The notes under the pieces were generated by a model. That model was not told the origin of the DNA. It did no database searches and saw only the letters and a list, made by a program, of their open reading frames with translations. Of a DNA stretch of 64,000 nucleotides, positions 18,301 to 30,300 are shown one piece after another. The DNA is from Eledone cirrhosa (taxonomy: Eukaryota). The first letter of the stretch is position 1; each line of letters starts with the position of its first letter. Position numbers and translations under genes: made by a program. Location: the NCBI GenBank assembly GCA_964016885.1, contig OZ024741.1, positions 10,354,001 through 10,418,000 of the forward strand. The letters are read 5' to 3'.

Positions 18301-21300
18301 TGGTGGAGGTGGTGGTGTTCGTGTTGTTGGTGGTGGTGGTGATAGTGGTGGAGGGGGTAGTGTTGGTGTTGTTGGTGGTGGTGGTGATAGTGGTGGAGGT
18401 GGTGGTGTTGGTGTTTTTGGTGGTGGTGGTGATAGTGGTGGAGGTGGTGGTGTTGGTGTTGTTGGTGGTGGTGGTGATAGTGGTGGTGGTGGGGGTGTTG
18501 GTGTTGTTGGTGGTGATAGTGGTGGAGGTGGTGATAGTGGTGGAGGTGGTGGTGTTGGTATCGTTGGTGGTGGTGATAGTGGTGGAGGTGGTGGTGTTGG
18601 TGTTGTTGGTGGTGGTGGTGATAGTGGTGGAGAGGGTAGTGTTGGTGTTGTTGGTGGTGGAGGTGATAGTGGTGGAGGTGGTGGTGTTGGTGTTGTTGGT
18701 GGTGGTGGTGATAGTGGTGGAGGTGGTGATAGTGGTGGAGGTGGTGGTGTTGGTGTCGTTGGTGGTGGTGGTGATAGTGGTGGTGGTGGTGGTGTTGGTG
18801 TCGTTGGTGGTGGTGGTGATAGTGGTGGAGGTGGTGGTGTTGGTGTTGTTGGTGGTGGTGGTGATAGTGGTGGAGGTGGTGATAGTGGTGGTGGTGGTGG
18901 TGTTGGTGTTGTTGGTGGTGGTGGTGATAGTGGTGGTGGTGGTGGTGTCGGTGTCGTTGGTGGTGGTGGTGATAGTGGTGGAGGTGGTGGTGTTGGTGTT
19001 GTTGGTGGTGGTGGTGATAGTGGTGGTGGTGGTGGTGTTGGTGTCGTTGGTGGTGGTGGTGATAGTGGTGGAGGTGGTGGTGTTTGTGTCGTTGGTGTTG
19101 TTGGTGGTGGTGGTGGTGGTGTTGGTGTTGTTGGTGGTGGTGGTGATAGTGGTGGAGGTGGTGATAGTGGTGTCGTTGGTGGTGGTGGTGGTGGTGGTGA
19201 TAGTGGTGGAGGTGGTGGTGTTGGTGTTGTTGGTGGTGGTGGTGATAGTGGTGGAGGTGGTGGTGTTGGTGTTGTTGGTGGTGGTGGTGATAGTGGTGGA
19301 GTTGGTGGTGTTGGTGTTGTTGGTGGTGGTGGTGATAGTGGTGGAGGTGGAGGGGGTAGTGTTGGTGTTGTTGGTGGTGGTGGTGATAGTGGTGGAGGTG
19401 GTGGTGTAGGTGTTGTTGGTGGTGGAGGTGATAGTGGTGGAGGTGGTGGTGTTGGTGTCGTTGGTGGTGGTGTGGTGGTGGTGATAGTGGTGTAGGTGGT
19501 GGTGTTGGTGTTGTTGGTGGTGGTGGTGATAGTGGTGGAGGTGGTAGTGTTGGTGTCGTTGGTGGTGGTGGTGGTGGTGGTGGTGATAGTGGTGGAGGTG
19601 GTGGTGTTGGTGTTGTTGGTGGTGGTGGTGATAGTGGTGGAGGTAGTGGTGTTGGTGTTGTTGGTGGTGGTGGTGATAGTGGTGGAGGTGGAGGTGTTGG
19701 TGTTGTTGGTGGTGGTGGTGGTGATAGTGGTGGAGGTGGTGGTGTTGGTGTCGTTGGTGGTGGTGGTGATAGTGGTGGAGGTGGTGGTGTTGGTGTTGTT
19801 GGTGGTGGTGGTGATAGTGGTGGAGGTGGAGGTGTTGGTGTTGTTGGTGGTGGTGGTGATAGTGGTGGAGGTGGTGGTGTTGGTGTCGTTGGTGGTGGTG
19901 GTGATAGTGGTGGAGGTGGTGGTGTTGGTGTTGTTGGTGGTGGTGGTGAAAGTGGTGGCGGTGGAGGTGTTGGTGTTGTTGGTGGTGGTGGTGATAGTGG
20001 TGGAGGTGGTGGTGATAGTGGTGGAGGTGGTGGTGTTGGTGTTGTTGGTGGTGGTGGTGATAGTGGTGGAGGTGGAGGTGTTGGTGTTGTTGGTGGTGGT
20101 GGTGGTGATAGTGGTGGAGGTGGTGGTGTTGGTGTCGTTGGTGGTGGTGGTGATAGTGGTGGAGGTGGTGGTGTTGGTGTTGTTGGTGGTGGTGGTGATA
20201 GTGGTGGAGGTGGAGGTGTTGGTGTTGTTGGTGGTGGTGGTGGTGATAGTGGTGGAGGTGGTGGTGTTGGTGTCGTTGGTGGTGGTGGTGATAGTGGTGG
20301 AGGTGTTGGTGTTGTTGGTGGTGGTGGTGGTGATAGTGGTGGAGGTGGTGGTGTTGGTGTTGTTGGTGGTGGTGGTGATAGTGGTGGAGGGGGTAGTGTT
20401 GGTGTCGTTGGTGGTGGTGGTGATAGTGGTGGAGGTGGAGGTGTTGGTGTTGTTGGTGGTGGTGGTGATAGTGGTGGAGGTGGTGGTGTTCGTGTTGCTG
20501 GTGGTGGTGGTGATAGTGGTGGAGGTGGAGGGGGTAGTGTTGGTGTTGTTGGTGGTGGTGGTGATAGTGGTGGAGGTGGTGGTGTAGGTGTTGTTGGTGG
20601 TGGAGGTGATAGTGGTGGAGGTGGTGGTGTTGGTGTTGTTGGTGGTGGTGGTGATAGTGGTGGAGGTGGTGGTGTTGGTGTTGCTGGTGGTGGTGGTGAT
20701 AGTGGTGGAGGTGGTGGTGTTGGTGTTGTTGGTGGTGGTGGTGATAGTGGTGGAGGGGGTAGTGTTGGTGTTGTTGTTGGTGGTGGTGATAGTGGTGGAG
20801 GTGGTGGTGTTGGTGTCGTTGGTGGTGGTGGTGATAGTGTTGGAGGTGGAGGTGTTGGTGTTGTTGGTGGTGATGGTGATAGTGGTGGAGGTGGTGGTGT
20901 TGGTGTTGTTGGTGGTGGTGGTGATAGTGGTGGAGGAGGTAGTGTTGGTGTTGTTGGTGGTGGTGGTGATAGTGGTGGAGGTGGTGGTGTTGGTGTTGTT
21001 GGTGGTGGTGGTGATAGTGGTGGAGGGGGTAGTGTTGGTGTTGTTGGTGGTGGTGGTGATAGTGGTGTAGGTGGTGGTGTTGGTGTTGTTGGTGGTGGTG
21101 GTGATAGTGGTGGAGGTGGTGGTGTTGGTGTTGTTGGTGGTGGTGGTGATAGTGGTGGTGGTGGTGGTGTTGGTGTTGTTGGTGGTGATAGTGGTGGAGG
21201 TGGTGATAGTGGTGGAGGTGGTGGTGTTGGTATCGTTGGTGGTGGTGGTGATAGTGGTGGAGGTTGTGGTGTTGGTGTTGTTGGTGGTGGTGGTGATAGT

Positions 21301-24300
21301 GATGGAGAGGGTAGTGTTGGTGTTGTTGGTGGTGGTGGTGATAGTGGTGGAGGTGGTGGTGTTGGTGGTGTTGGTGGTGGTGGTGATAGTGGTGGAGGGG
21401 GTAGTGTTGGTGTTGTTGGTGGAGGTGGTGATAGTGGTGGAGGTGGTGGTGTCGGTGTTGTTGGTGTTGGTGGTGATAGTGGTGGAGCTGGAGGTGTTGG
21501 TGTTGTTGGTGGTGGTGGTAATAGTGGTCGAGGTGGTGGTGTTGGTGTTGTTGGTGTTGGTGGTGATAGTGGTGGAGCTGGAGGTGTTGGTGTTGTTGGT
21601 GGTGGTGGTGATAGTGGTGGAGGGGGTAGTGTTGGTGTTGTTGGTGGTGGTGGTGATAGTGGTGGAGGTGGAGGTGTTGGTGTTGTTGTTGGTGGTGGTG
21701 GTGATAGTGGTGGAGGTTGTGGTGTTTGTGTCGTTGGTGGTGATAGTGGTGGAGGTGGTGGTGTTGGTGTTGTTGGTGGTGGTGTTGATAGTGGTGGAGG
21801 TGGTGGTGTTGGTGTTGTTGGTGGTGGTGGTGATAGTGGTGGTGGTGGTGGTGTTGGTGTTGTTGGTGGTGGTGGTGATAGTGGTGGAGGTGGTGGTGTT
21901 GGTGTTGTTGGTGGTGGTGGTGATAGTGGTGGTGGTGGTGGTGTTGGTGTTGTTGGTGGTGGTGGTGATAGTGGTGGTGGTGGTGGTGTTGGTGTCGTTG
22001 GTGGTGGTGGTGATAGTGGTGGAGGTGGAGGTGTTGGTGATAGTGGTGGTGGTGGTGGTGTTGGTGTTGTTGGTGGTGGTGGTGATAGTGGTGGAGGTGG
22101 TGGTGTTGGTGTTGTTGGTGGTGGTGGTGATAGTGGTGGTGGTGGTGGTGTTGGTGTTGTTGGAGGTCGTGGTGATAGTGGTGGTGGTGGTGGTGTTGGT
22201 GTCGTTGGTGGTGGTGGTGGTGATAGTGGTGGTGGTGGTGGTGTTGGTGTTGTTGGTGGTGGTGGTGATAGTGGTGGTGGTGGTGGTGTTGGTGTCGTTG
22301 GAGGTGGTGTGATAGTGGTGGTGGTGGTGGTGTTGGTGTTGTTGGTGGTGGTGTTGATAGTGGTGGAGGTGGTGGTGTTGGTGTTGTTGGTGGTGGTGGT
22401 GATAGTGGTGGTGGTGGTGGTGTTGGTGTTGTTGGTGGTGGTGGTGATAGTGGTGGAGGTGGTGGTGATAGTGGTGGAGGTGGTGGTGTTGGTGTTGTTG
22501 GTGTTGTTGGTGGTGGTGGTGATAGTGGTGGAGGTGGAGGTGTTGGTGTTGTTGGTGGTGGTGGTGGTGATAGTGGTGGAGGTGGTGGTGTTGGTGTCGT
22601 TGGTGGTGGTGGTGATAGTGGTGGAGGTGGAGGTGTTGGTGTTGTTGGTGGTGGTGGTGGTGATAGTGGTGGAGGTGGTGGTGTTGGTGTTGTTGGTGGT
22701 GGTGGTGATAGTGGTGGAGGTGGAGGTGTTGGTGTTGTTGGTGGTGGTGGTGGTGATAGTGGTGGAGGTGGTGGTGTTGGTGTTGTTGGTGGTGGTGGTG
22801 ATAGTGGTGGAGGTGGTGGTGTTGGTGTTGTTGGTGGTGGTGGTGATAGTGGTGGAGGTGGTGGTGTTGGTGTTGTTGGTGGTGGTGGTGATAGTGGTGG
22901 AGGTGGTGGTGTTGGTGTTGTTGGTGGTGGTGGTGATAGTGGTGGAGGTGGTGGTGTTGGTGTTGTTGGTGGTGGTGGTGATAGTGGTGGAGGTGGAGGT
23001 GTTGGTGTTGTTGGTGGTGGTGGTGGTGATAGTGGTGGAGGTGGAGGTGTTGGTGTCGTTGGTGGTGGTGGTGATAGTGGTGGAGGTGGTGGTGTTGGTG
23101 TCGTTGGTGGTGGTGGTGATAGTGGTGGAGGTGGAGGTGTTGGTGTTGTTGGTGGTGGTGGTGATAGTGGTGGAGGTGGTGCTGATAGTGGTGGAGGTGG
23201 TGGTGATAGTGGTGGAGGTGGTGGTGTTGGTGTCGTTGGTGGTGGTGGTGATAGTGGTGGAGGTGGTGGTGTTGGTGTTGTTGGTGGTGGTGTTGATAGT
23301 GGTGGAGGTGGAGGGGGTAGTGTTGGTGTTGTTGGTGGTCGTGGTGATAGTGGTGGAGGTGGTGGTGATAGTGGTGGAGGTGGTGGTGATAGTGGTGGAG
23401 GTGGTGGTGATAGTGGTGGAGGGGGTAGTGTTGGTTTTCTTGGTGGTGGTGGTGATAGTGGTGGAGGTGGTGGTGTTGGTGTTGTTGGTGGTGGTGGTGA
23501 TAGTGGTGGAGGGGGTAGTGTTGGTGTCGTTGGTGGTGATAGTGGTGATAGTGGTGGAGGTGGAGGTGTTGGTGTTGTTGGTGGTGGAGGTGATAGTGGT
23601 GGATGTGGTGGTGTTGGTGTTGTTGGTGGTGGTGGTGATAGTGGTGGAGGTGGTGGTGTTGGTGTTGTTGGTGGTGGTGGTGATAGTGGTGGAGGTGGAG
23701 GGGGTAGTGTTGGTGTTGTTGGTGGTGGTGGTGATAGTGGTGGAGGCGGTGGTGTAGGTGTTGTTGCTGGTGGAGGTGATAGTGGTGGAGGTGGTGGTGT
23801 TGGTGTTGTTGGTGGTGGTGGTGATAGTGGTGGAGGTGGTGGTGGTGGTGTTGTTGGTGGTGGTGGTGATAGTGGTGCAGGTGGTGGTGTTGGTGTTGTT
23901 GGTGGTGGTGGTGATAGTGGTGGAGGGGGTAGTGTTGGTTTTGTTGGTGGTGGTGGTGATAGTGGTGGAGGTGGTGGTGTTGGTGTCGTTGGTGGTGGTG
24001 GTGATAGTGGTGGAGGTGGAGGTGTTGCTGTTGTTGGTGGTGGTGGTGATAGTGGTGGAGGTGGTGGTGTTGGTGTTGTTGGTGGTGGTGGTGATAGTGG
24101 TGGAGGTGGTGGTGTTGGTGTCGTTGGTGGAGGTGGTGATAGTGGTGGAGGTGGTGGTGGTGGTGGTGTTGGTGTCGTTGGTGGTGGTGGTGATAGTGGT
24201 GGAGGTGGTGGTGTTTGTGTCGTTGGTGTTGTTGGTGGTGGTGGTGGTGGTGTTGGTGGTGGTGGTGTTGGTGTCGTTGGTGGTGGTGGTGATAGTGGTG

Positions 24301-27300
24301 GAGGTGGTGGTGTTGGTGTTGTTGGTGGTGGTGGTGATAGTGGTGGTGGTGGTGGTGTTGGTGTCGTTGGTGGTGGTGGTGATAGTGGTGGAGGTGGTGG
24401 TGTTTGTGTCGTTGGTGTTGTTGGTGGTGGTGGTGGTGGTGTTGGTGTTGTTGGTGGTGGATTGTGATAGTGGTGGAGGTGGTGATAGTGGTGATAGTGG
24501 TGGTGGTGGTGGTGTTGGTGTTGTTGGTGGTGATAGTGGTGGAGGTGGTGATAGTGGTGGAGGTGGTGGTGGTGGTGGTGTTGGTGTCGTTGGTGGTGGT
24601 GGTGATAGTGGTGGAGGTGGTGGTGTTGGTGGTGGAGGTGGAGGGGGTAGTGTTGGTGTTGTTGGTGGTGGTGGTGGTGGTGGTGGTGGTGTTGGTGTCG
24701 TTGGTGGTGGTGGTGATAGTGGTGGAGGTGGTGGTGTAGGTGTTGTTGGTGGTGGAGGTGATAGTGGTAGAGGTGGTGGTGTTGGTGTCGTTGGTGGTGG
24801 TGTGGTGGTGGTGATAGTGGTGTAGGTGGTGGTGTTGGTGTTGTTGGTGGTGGTGGTGATAGTGGTGGAGGTGGTAGTGTTGGTGTCGTTGGTGGTGGTG
24901 GTGGTGGTGATAGTGGTGGAGGTGGTGGTGTTGGTGTTGTTGGTGGTGGTGGTGATAGTGGTGGAGGTGGTGGTGTTGGTGTTGTTGGTGGTGGTGGTGA
25001 TAGTGGTGGAGGTGGAGGTGTTGGTGTTGTTGGTGGTGGTGGTGGTGATAGTGGTGGAGGTGGTGGTGTTGGTGTCGTTCGTGGTGGTGGTGATAGTGGT
25101 GGAAGTGGTGGTGTTGGTGTTGTTGGTGGTGGTGGTGATAGTGGTGGAGGTGGAGGTGTTGGTGTTGTTGGTGGTGGTGGTGATAGTGGTGGAGGTGGTG
25201 GTGTTGGTGTCGTTGGTGGTGGTGGTGATAGTGGTGGAGGTGGTGGTGTTGGTGTTGTTGGTGGTGGTGGTGAAAGTGGTGGCGGTGGAGGTGTTGGTGT
25301 TGTTGGTGGTGGTGGTGATAGTGGTGGAGGTGGTGGTGATAGTGGTGGAGGTGGTGGTGATAGTGGTGGAGGTGGTGGTGTTGGTGTCGTTGGTGGTGGT
25401 GGTGATAGTGGTGGAGGTGTTGGTGTTGTTGGTGGTGGTGGTGGTGATAGTGGTGGAGGTGGTGGTGTTGGTGTTGTTGGTGGTGGTGGTGATAGTGGTG
25501 GAGGGGGTAGTGTTGGTATCGTTGGTGGTGGTGGTGATAGTGGTGGAGGTGGAGGTGTTGGTGTTGTTGGTGGTGGTGGTGATAGTGGTGGAGGTGGTGG
25601 TGTTCGGGTTGCTGGTGGTGGTGGTGATAGTGGTGGAGGTGGAGGGGGTAGTGTTGGTGTTGTTGGTGGTGGTGGTGATAGTGGTGGAGGTGGTGGTGTA
25701 GGTGTTGTTGGTGGTGGAGTTGATAGTGGTGGAGGTGGTGGTGTTGGTGTTGTTGGTGGTGGTGGTGATAGTGGTGGAGGTGGTGGTGTTGGTGTTGCTG
25801 GTGGTGGTGGTGATAGTGGTGGAGGTGGTGGTGTTGGTCTTGTTGGTGGTGGTGGTGATAGTGGTGGAGGGGGTAGTGTTGGTGTTGTTGGTGGTGGTGG
25901 TGATAGTGGTGGAGGTGGTGGTGTTGGTGTCGTTGGTGGTGGTGGTGATAGTGTTGGAGGTGGAGGTGTTGGTGTTGTTGGTGGTGATGGTGATAGTGGT
26001 GGAGGTGGTGGTGTTGGTGTTGTTGGTGGTGGTGGTGATAGTGGTGGAGGAGGTAGTGTTGGTGTTGTTGGTGGTGGTGGTGATAGTGGTGGAGGTGGTG
26101 GTGTTGGTGTTGTTGGTGGTGGTGGTGATAGTGGTGGAGGTGGAGGTGTTGGTGTTGTTGGTGGTGGTGGTGGTGGTGTTGGTGGTGGTGGTGTTGGTGT
26201 CGTTGGTGGTGGTGGTGATAGTGGTGGAGGTGGTGGTGTTGGTGTTGTTGGTGGTGGTGGTGATAGTGGTGGTGGTGGTGGTGTTGGTGTCGTTGGTGGT
26301 GGTGGTGATAGTGGTGGAGGTGGTGGTGTTTGTGTCGTTGGTGTTGTTGGTGGTGGTGGTGGTGGTGTTGGTGTTGTTGGTGGTGGTGGTGATAGTGGTG
26401 GAGGTGGTGATAGTGGTGATAGTGGTGGTGGTGGTGGTGTTGGTGTTGTTGGTGGTGATAGTGGTGGAGGTGGTGATAGTGGTGGAGGTGGTGGTGGTGG
26501 TGGTGTTGGTGTCGTTGGTGGTGGTGGTGATAGTGGTGGAGGTGGTGGTGTTGGTGGTGGAGGTGGAGGGGGTAGTGTTGGTGTTGTTGGTGGTGGTGGT
26601 GGTGGTGGTGGTGGTGTTGGTGTCGTTGGTGGTGGTGGTGATAGTGGTGGAGGTGGTGGTGTAGGTGTTGTTGGTGGTGGAGGTGATAGTGGTAGAGGTG
26701 GTGGTGTTGGTGTCGTTGGTGGTGGTGTGGTGGTGGTGATAGTGGTGTAGGTGGTGGTGTTGGTGTTGTTGGTGGTGGTGGTGATAGTGGTGGAGGTGGT
26801 AGTGTTGGTGTCGTTGGTGGTGGTGGTGGTGGTGGTGATAGTGGTGGAGGTGGTGGTGTTGGTGTTGTTGGTGGTGGTGGTGATAGTGGTGGAGGTGGTG
26901 GTGTTGGTGTTGTTGGTGGTGGTGGTGATAGTGGTGGAGGTGGAGGTGTTGGTGTTGTTGGTGGTGGTGGTGGTGATAGTGGTGGAGGTGGTGGTGTTGG
27001 TGTCGTTGGTGGTGGTGGTGATAGTGGTGGAAGTGGTGGTGTTGGTGTTGTTGGTGGTGGTGGTGATAGTGTTGGAGGTGGAGGTGTTGGTGTTGTTGGT
27101 GGTGGTGGTGATAGTGGTGGAGGTGGTGGTGTTGGTGTCGTTGGTGGTGGTGGTGATAGTGGTGGAGGTGGTGGTGTTGGTGTTGTTGGTGGTGGTGGTG
27201 AAAGTGGTGGCGGTGGAGGTGTTGGTGTTGTTGGTGGTGGTGGTGATAGTGGTGGAGGTGGTGGTGATAGTGGTGGAGGTGGTGGTGATAGTGGTGGAGG

Positions 27301-30300
27301 TGGTGGTGTTGGTGTCGTTGGTGGTGGTGGTGATAGTGGTGGAGGTGTTGGTGTTGTTGGTGGTGGTGGTGGTGATAGTGGTGGAGGTGGTGGTGTTGGT
27401 GTTGTTGGTGGTGGTGGTGATAGTGGTGGAGGGGGTAGTGTTGGTATCGTTGGTGGTGGTGGTGATAGTGGTGGAGGTGGAGGTGTTGGTGTTGTTGGTG
27501 GTGGTGGTGATAGTGGTGGAGGTGGTGGTGTTCGGGTTGCTGGTGGTGGTGGTGATAGTGGTGGAGGTGGAGGGGGTAGTGTTGGTGTTGTTGGTGGTGG
27601 TGGTGATAGTGGTGGAGGTGGTGGTGTAGGTGTTGTTGGTGGTGGAGTTGATAGTGGTGGAGGTGGTGGTGTTGGTGTTGTTGGTGCTGGTGGTGATAGT
27701 GGTGGAGGTGGTGGTGTTGGTGTTGCTGGTGGTGGTGGTGATAGTGGTGGAGGTGGTGGTGTTGGTCTTGTTGGTGGTGGTGGTGATAGTGGTGGAGGGG
27801 GTAGTGTTGGTGTTGTTGGTGGTGGTGGTGATAGTGGTGGAGGTGGTGGTGTTGGTGTCGTTGGTGGTGGTGGTGATAGTGTTGGAGGTGGAGGTGTTGG
27901 TGTTGTTGGTGGTGATGGTGATAGTGGTGGAGGTGGTGGTGTTGGTGTTGTTGGTGGTGGTGGTGATAGTGGTGGAGGAGGTAGTGTTGGTGTTGTTGGT
28001 GGTGGTGGTGATAGTGGTGGAGGTGGTGGTGTTGGTGTTGTTGGTGGTGGTGGTGATAGTGGTGGAGGTGGAGGTGTTGGTGTTGTTGGTGGTGGTGGTG
28101 ATAGTGGTGGAGGTGGTGGTGTTTGTGTCGTTGGTGGTGATAGTGGTGGAGGTGGTGGTGTTGGTGTTGTTGGTGGTGGTGTTGATAGTGGTGGAGGTGG
28201 TGGTGTTGGTGTTGTTGGTGGTGGTGGTGATAGTGGTGGTGGTGGTGGTGTTGGTGTTGTTGGTGGTGGTGGTGATAGTGGTGGAGGTGGTGGTGTTGGT
28301 GTTGTTGGTGGTGGTGGTGATAGTGGTGGTGGTGGTGGTGTTGGTGTTGTTGGTGGTGGTGGTGATAGTGGTGGTGGTGGTGGTGTTGGTGTCGTTGGAG
28401 GTGGTGGTGATAGTGGTGGTGGTGGTGGTGTTGGTGTCGTTGGTGGTGGTGGTGGTGGTGATAGTGGTGGTGGTGGTGGTGTTGGGGTTGTTGGTGGTGG
28501 TGGTGATAGTGGTGGTGGTGGTGGTGTTGGTGTCGTTGGAGGTGGTGGTGATAGTGGTGGTGGTGGTGGTGTTGGTGTTGTTGGTGGTGGTGTTGATAGT
28601 GGTGGAGGTGGTGGTGTTGGTGTTGTTGGTGGTGGTGGTGATAGTGGTGGTGGTGGTGGTGTTGGTGTTGTTGGTGGTGGTGGTGATAGTGGTGGTGGTG
28701 GTGGTGTTGGTGTCGTTGGAGGTGGTGGTGATAGTGGTGGTGGTGGTGGTGTTGGTGTCGTTGGTGGTGGTGGTGGTGATAGTGGTGGTGGTGGTGGTGT
28801 TGGTGTTGTTGGTGGTGGTGGTGATAGTGGTGGTGGTGGTGGTGTTGGTGTTGTTGGTGGTGGTGGTGATAGTGGTGGAGGTGGTGGTGATAGTGGTGGA
28901 GGTGGTGATGGTGATAGTGGTGGAGGTGGTGGTGTTGGTGTTGTTGGTGGTGGTGGTGATAGTGGTGGAGGAGGTAGTGTTGGTGTTGTTGGTGGTGGTT
29001 GTGATAGTGGTGGAGGTGGTGGTGTTGGTGTTGTTGGTGGTGGTGGTGATAGTGGTGGAGGTGGTGGTGTTGGTGTTGTTGGTGGTGGTGGTGATAGTGG
29101 TGGAGGTGGAGGTGTTGGTGTTGTTGGTGGTGGTGGTGGTGATAGTGGTGGAGGTGGTGGTGTTGGTGTCGTTGGTGGTGGTGGTGATAGTGGTGGAAGT
29201 GGTGGTGTTGGTGTTGTTGGTGGTGGTGGTGATAGTGGTGGAGGTGGAGGTGTTGGTGTTGTTGGTGGTGGTGGTGATAGTGGTGGAGGTGGTGGTGTTG
29301 GTGTCGTTGGTGGTGGTGGTGATAGTGGTGGAGGTGGTGGTGTTGGTGTTGTTGGTGATGGTGGTGAAAGTGGTGGCGGTGGAGGTGTTGGTGTTGTTGG
29401 TGGTGGTGGTGATAGTGGTGGAGGTGGTGGTGATAGTGGTGGAGGTGGTGGTGTTGGTGTCGTTGGTGGTGGTGGTGATAGTGGTGGAGGTGTTGGTGTT
29501 GTTGGTGGTGGTGGTGGTGATAGTGGTGGAGGTGGTGGTGTTGGTGTTGTTGGTGGTGGTGGTGATAGTGGTGGAGGGGGTAGTGTTGGTGTCGTTGGTG
29601 GTGGTGGTGATAGTGGTGGAGGTGGAGGTGTTGGTGTTGTTGGTGGTGGTGGTGATAGTGGTGGAGGTGGTGGTGTTCGTGTTGCTGGTGGTGGTGGTGA
29701 TAGTGGTGGAGGTGGAGGGGGTAGTGTTGGTGTTGTTGGTGGTGGTGGTGATAGTGGTGGAGGTGATAGTGGTGGAGGTGGTGGTGTTGGTGTTGTTGGT
29801 GGTGGTGGTGATAGTGGTGGAGGTGGTGGTGTTGGTGTTGCTGGTGGTGGTGGTGATAGTGGTGGAGGTGGTGGTGTTGGTCTTGTTGGTGGTGGTGGTG
29901 ATAGTGGTGGAGGGGGTAGTGTTGGTGTTGTTGGTGGTGGTGGTGATAGTGGTGGAGGTGGTGGTGTTGATGTCGTTGGTGGTGGTGGTGATAGTGTTGG
30001 AGGTGGAGGTGTTGGTGTTGTTGGTGGTGATGGTGATAGTGGTGGAGGTGGTGGTGTTGGTGTTGTTGGTGGTGGTGGTGATAGTGGTGGAGGAGGTAGT
30101 GTTGGTGTTGTTGGTGGTGGTGGTGATAGTGGTGGAGGTGGTGGTGTTGGTGTTGTTGGTGGTGGTGGTGATAGTGGTGGAGGGGGTAGTGTTGGTGTTG
30201 TTAGTGGTGGTGGTGATAGTGGTGTAGGTGGTGGTGTTGGTGTTGTTGGTGGTGGTGGTGATAGTGGTGGAGGTGGTGTTGTTGGTGTTGTTGGTGGTGG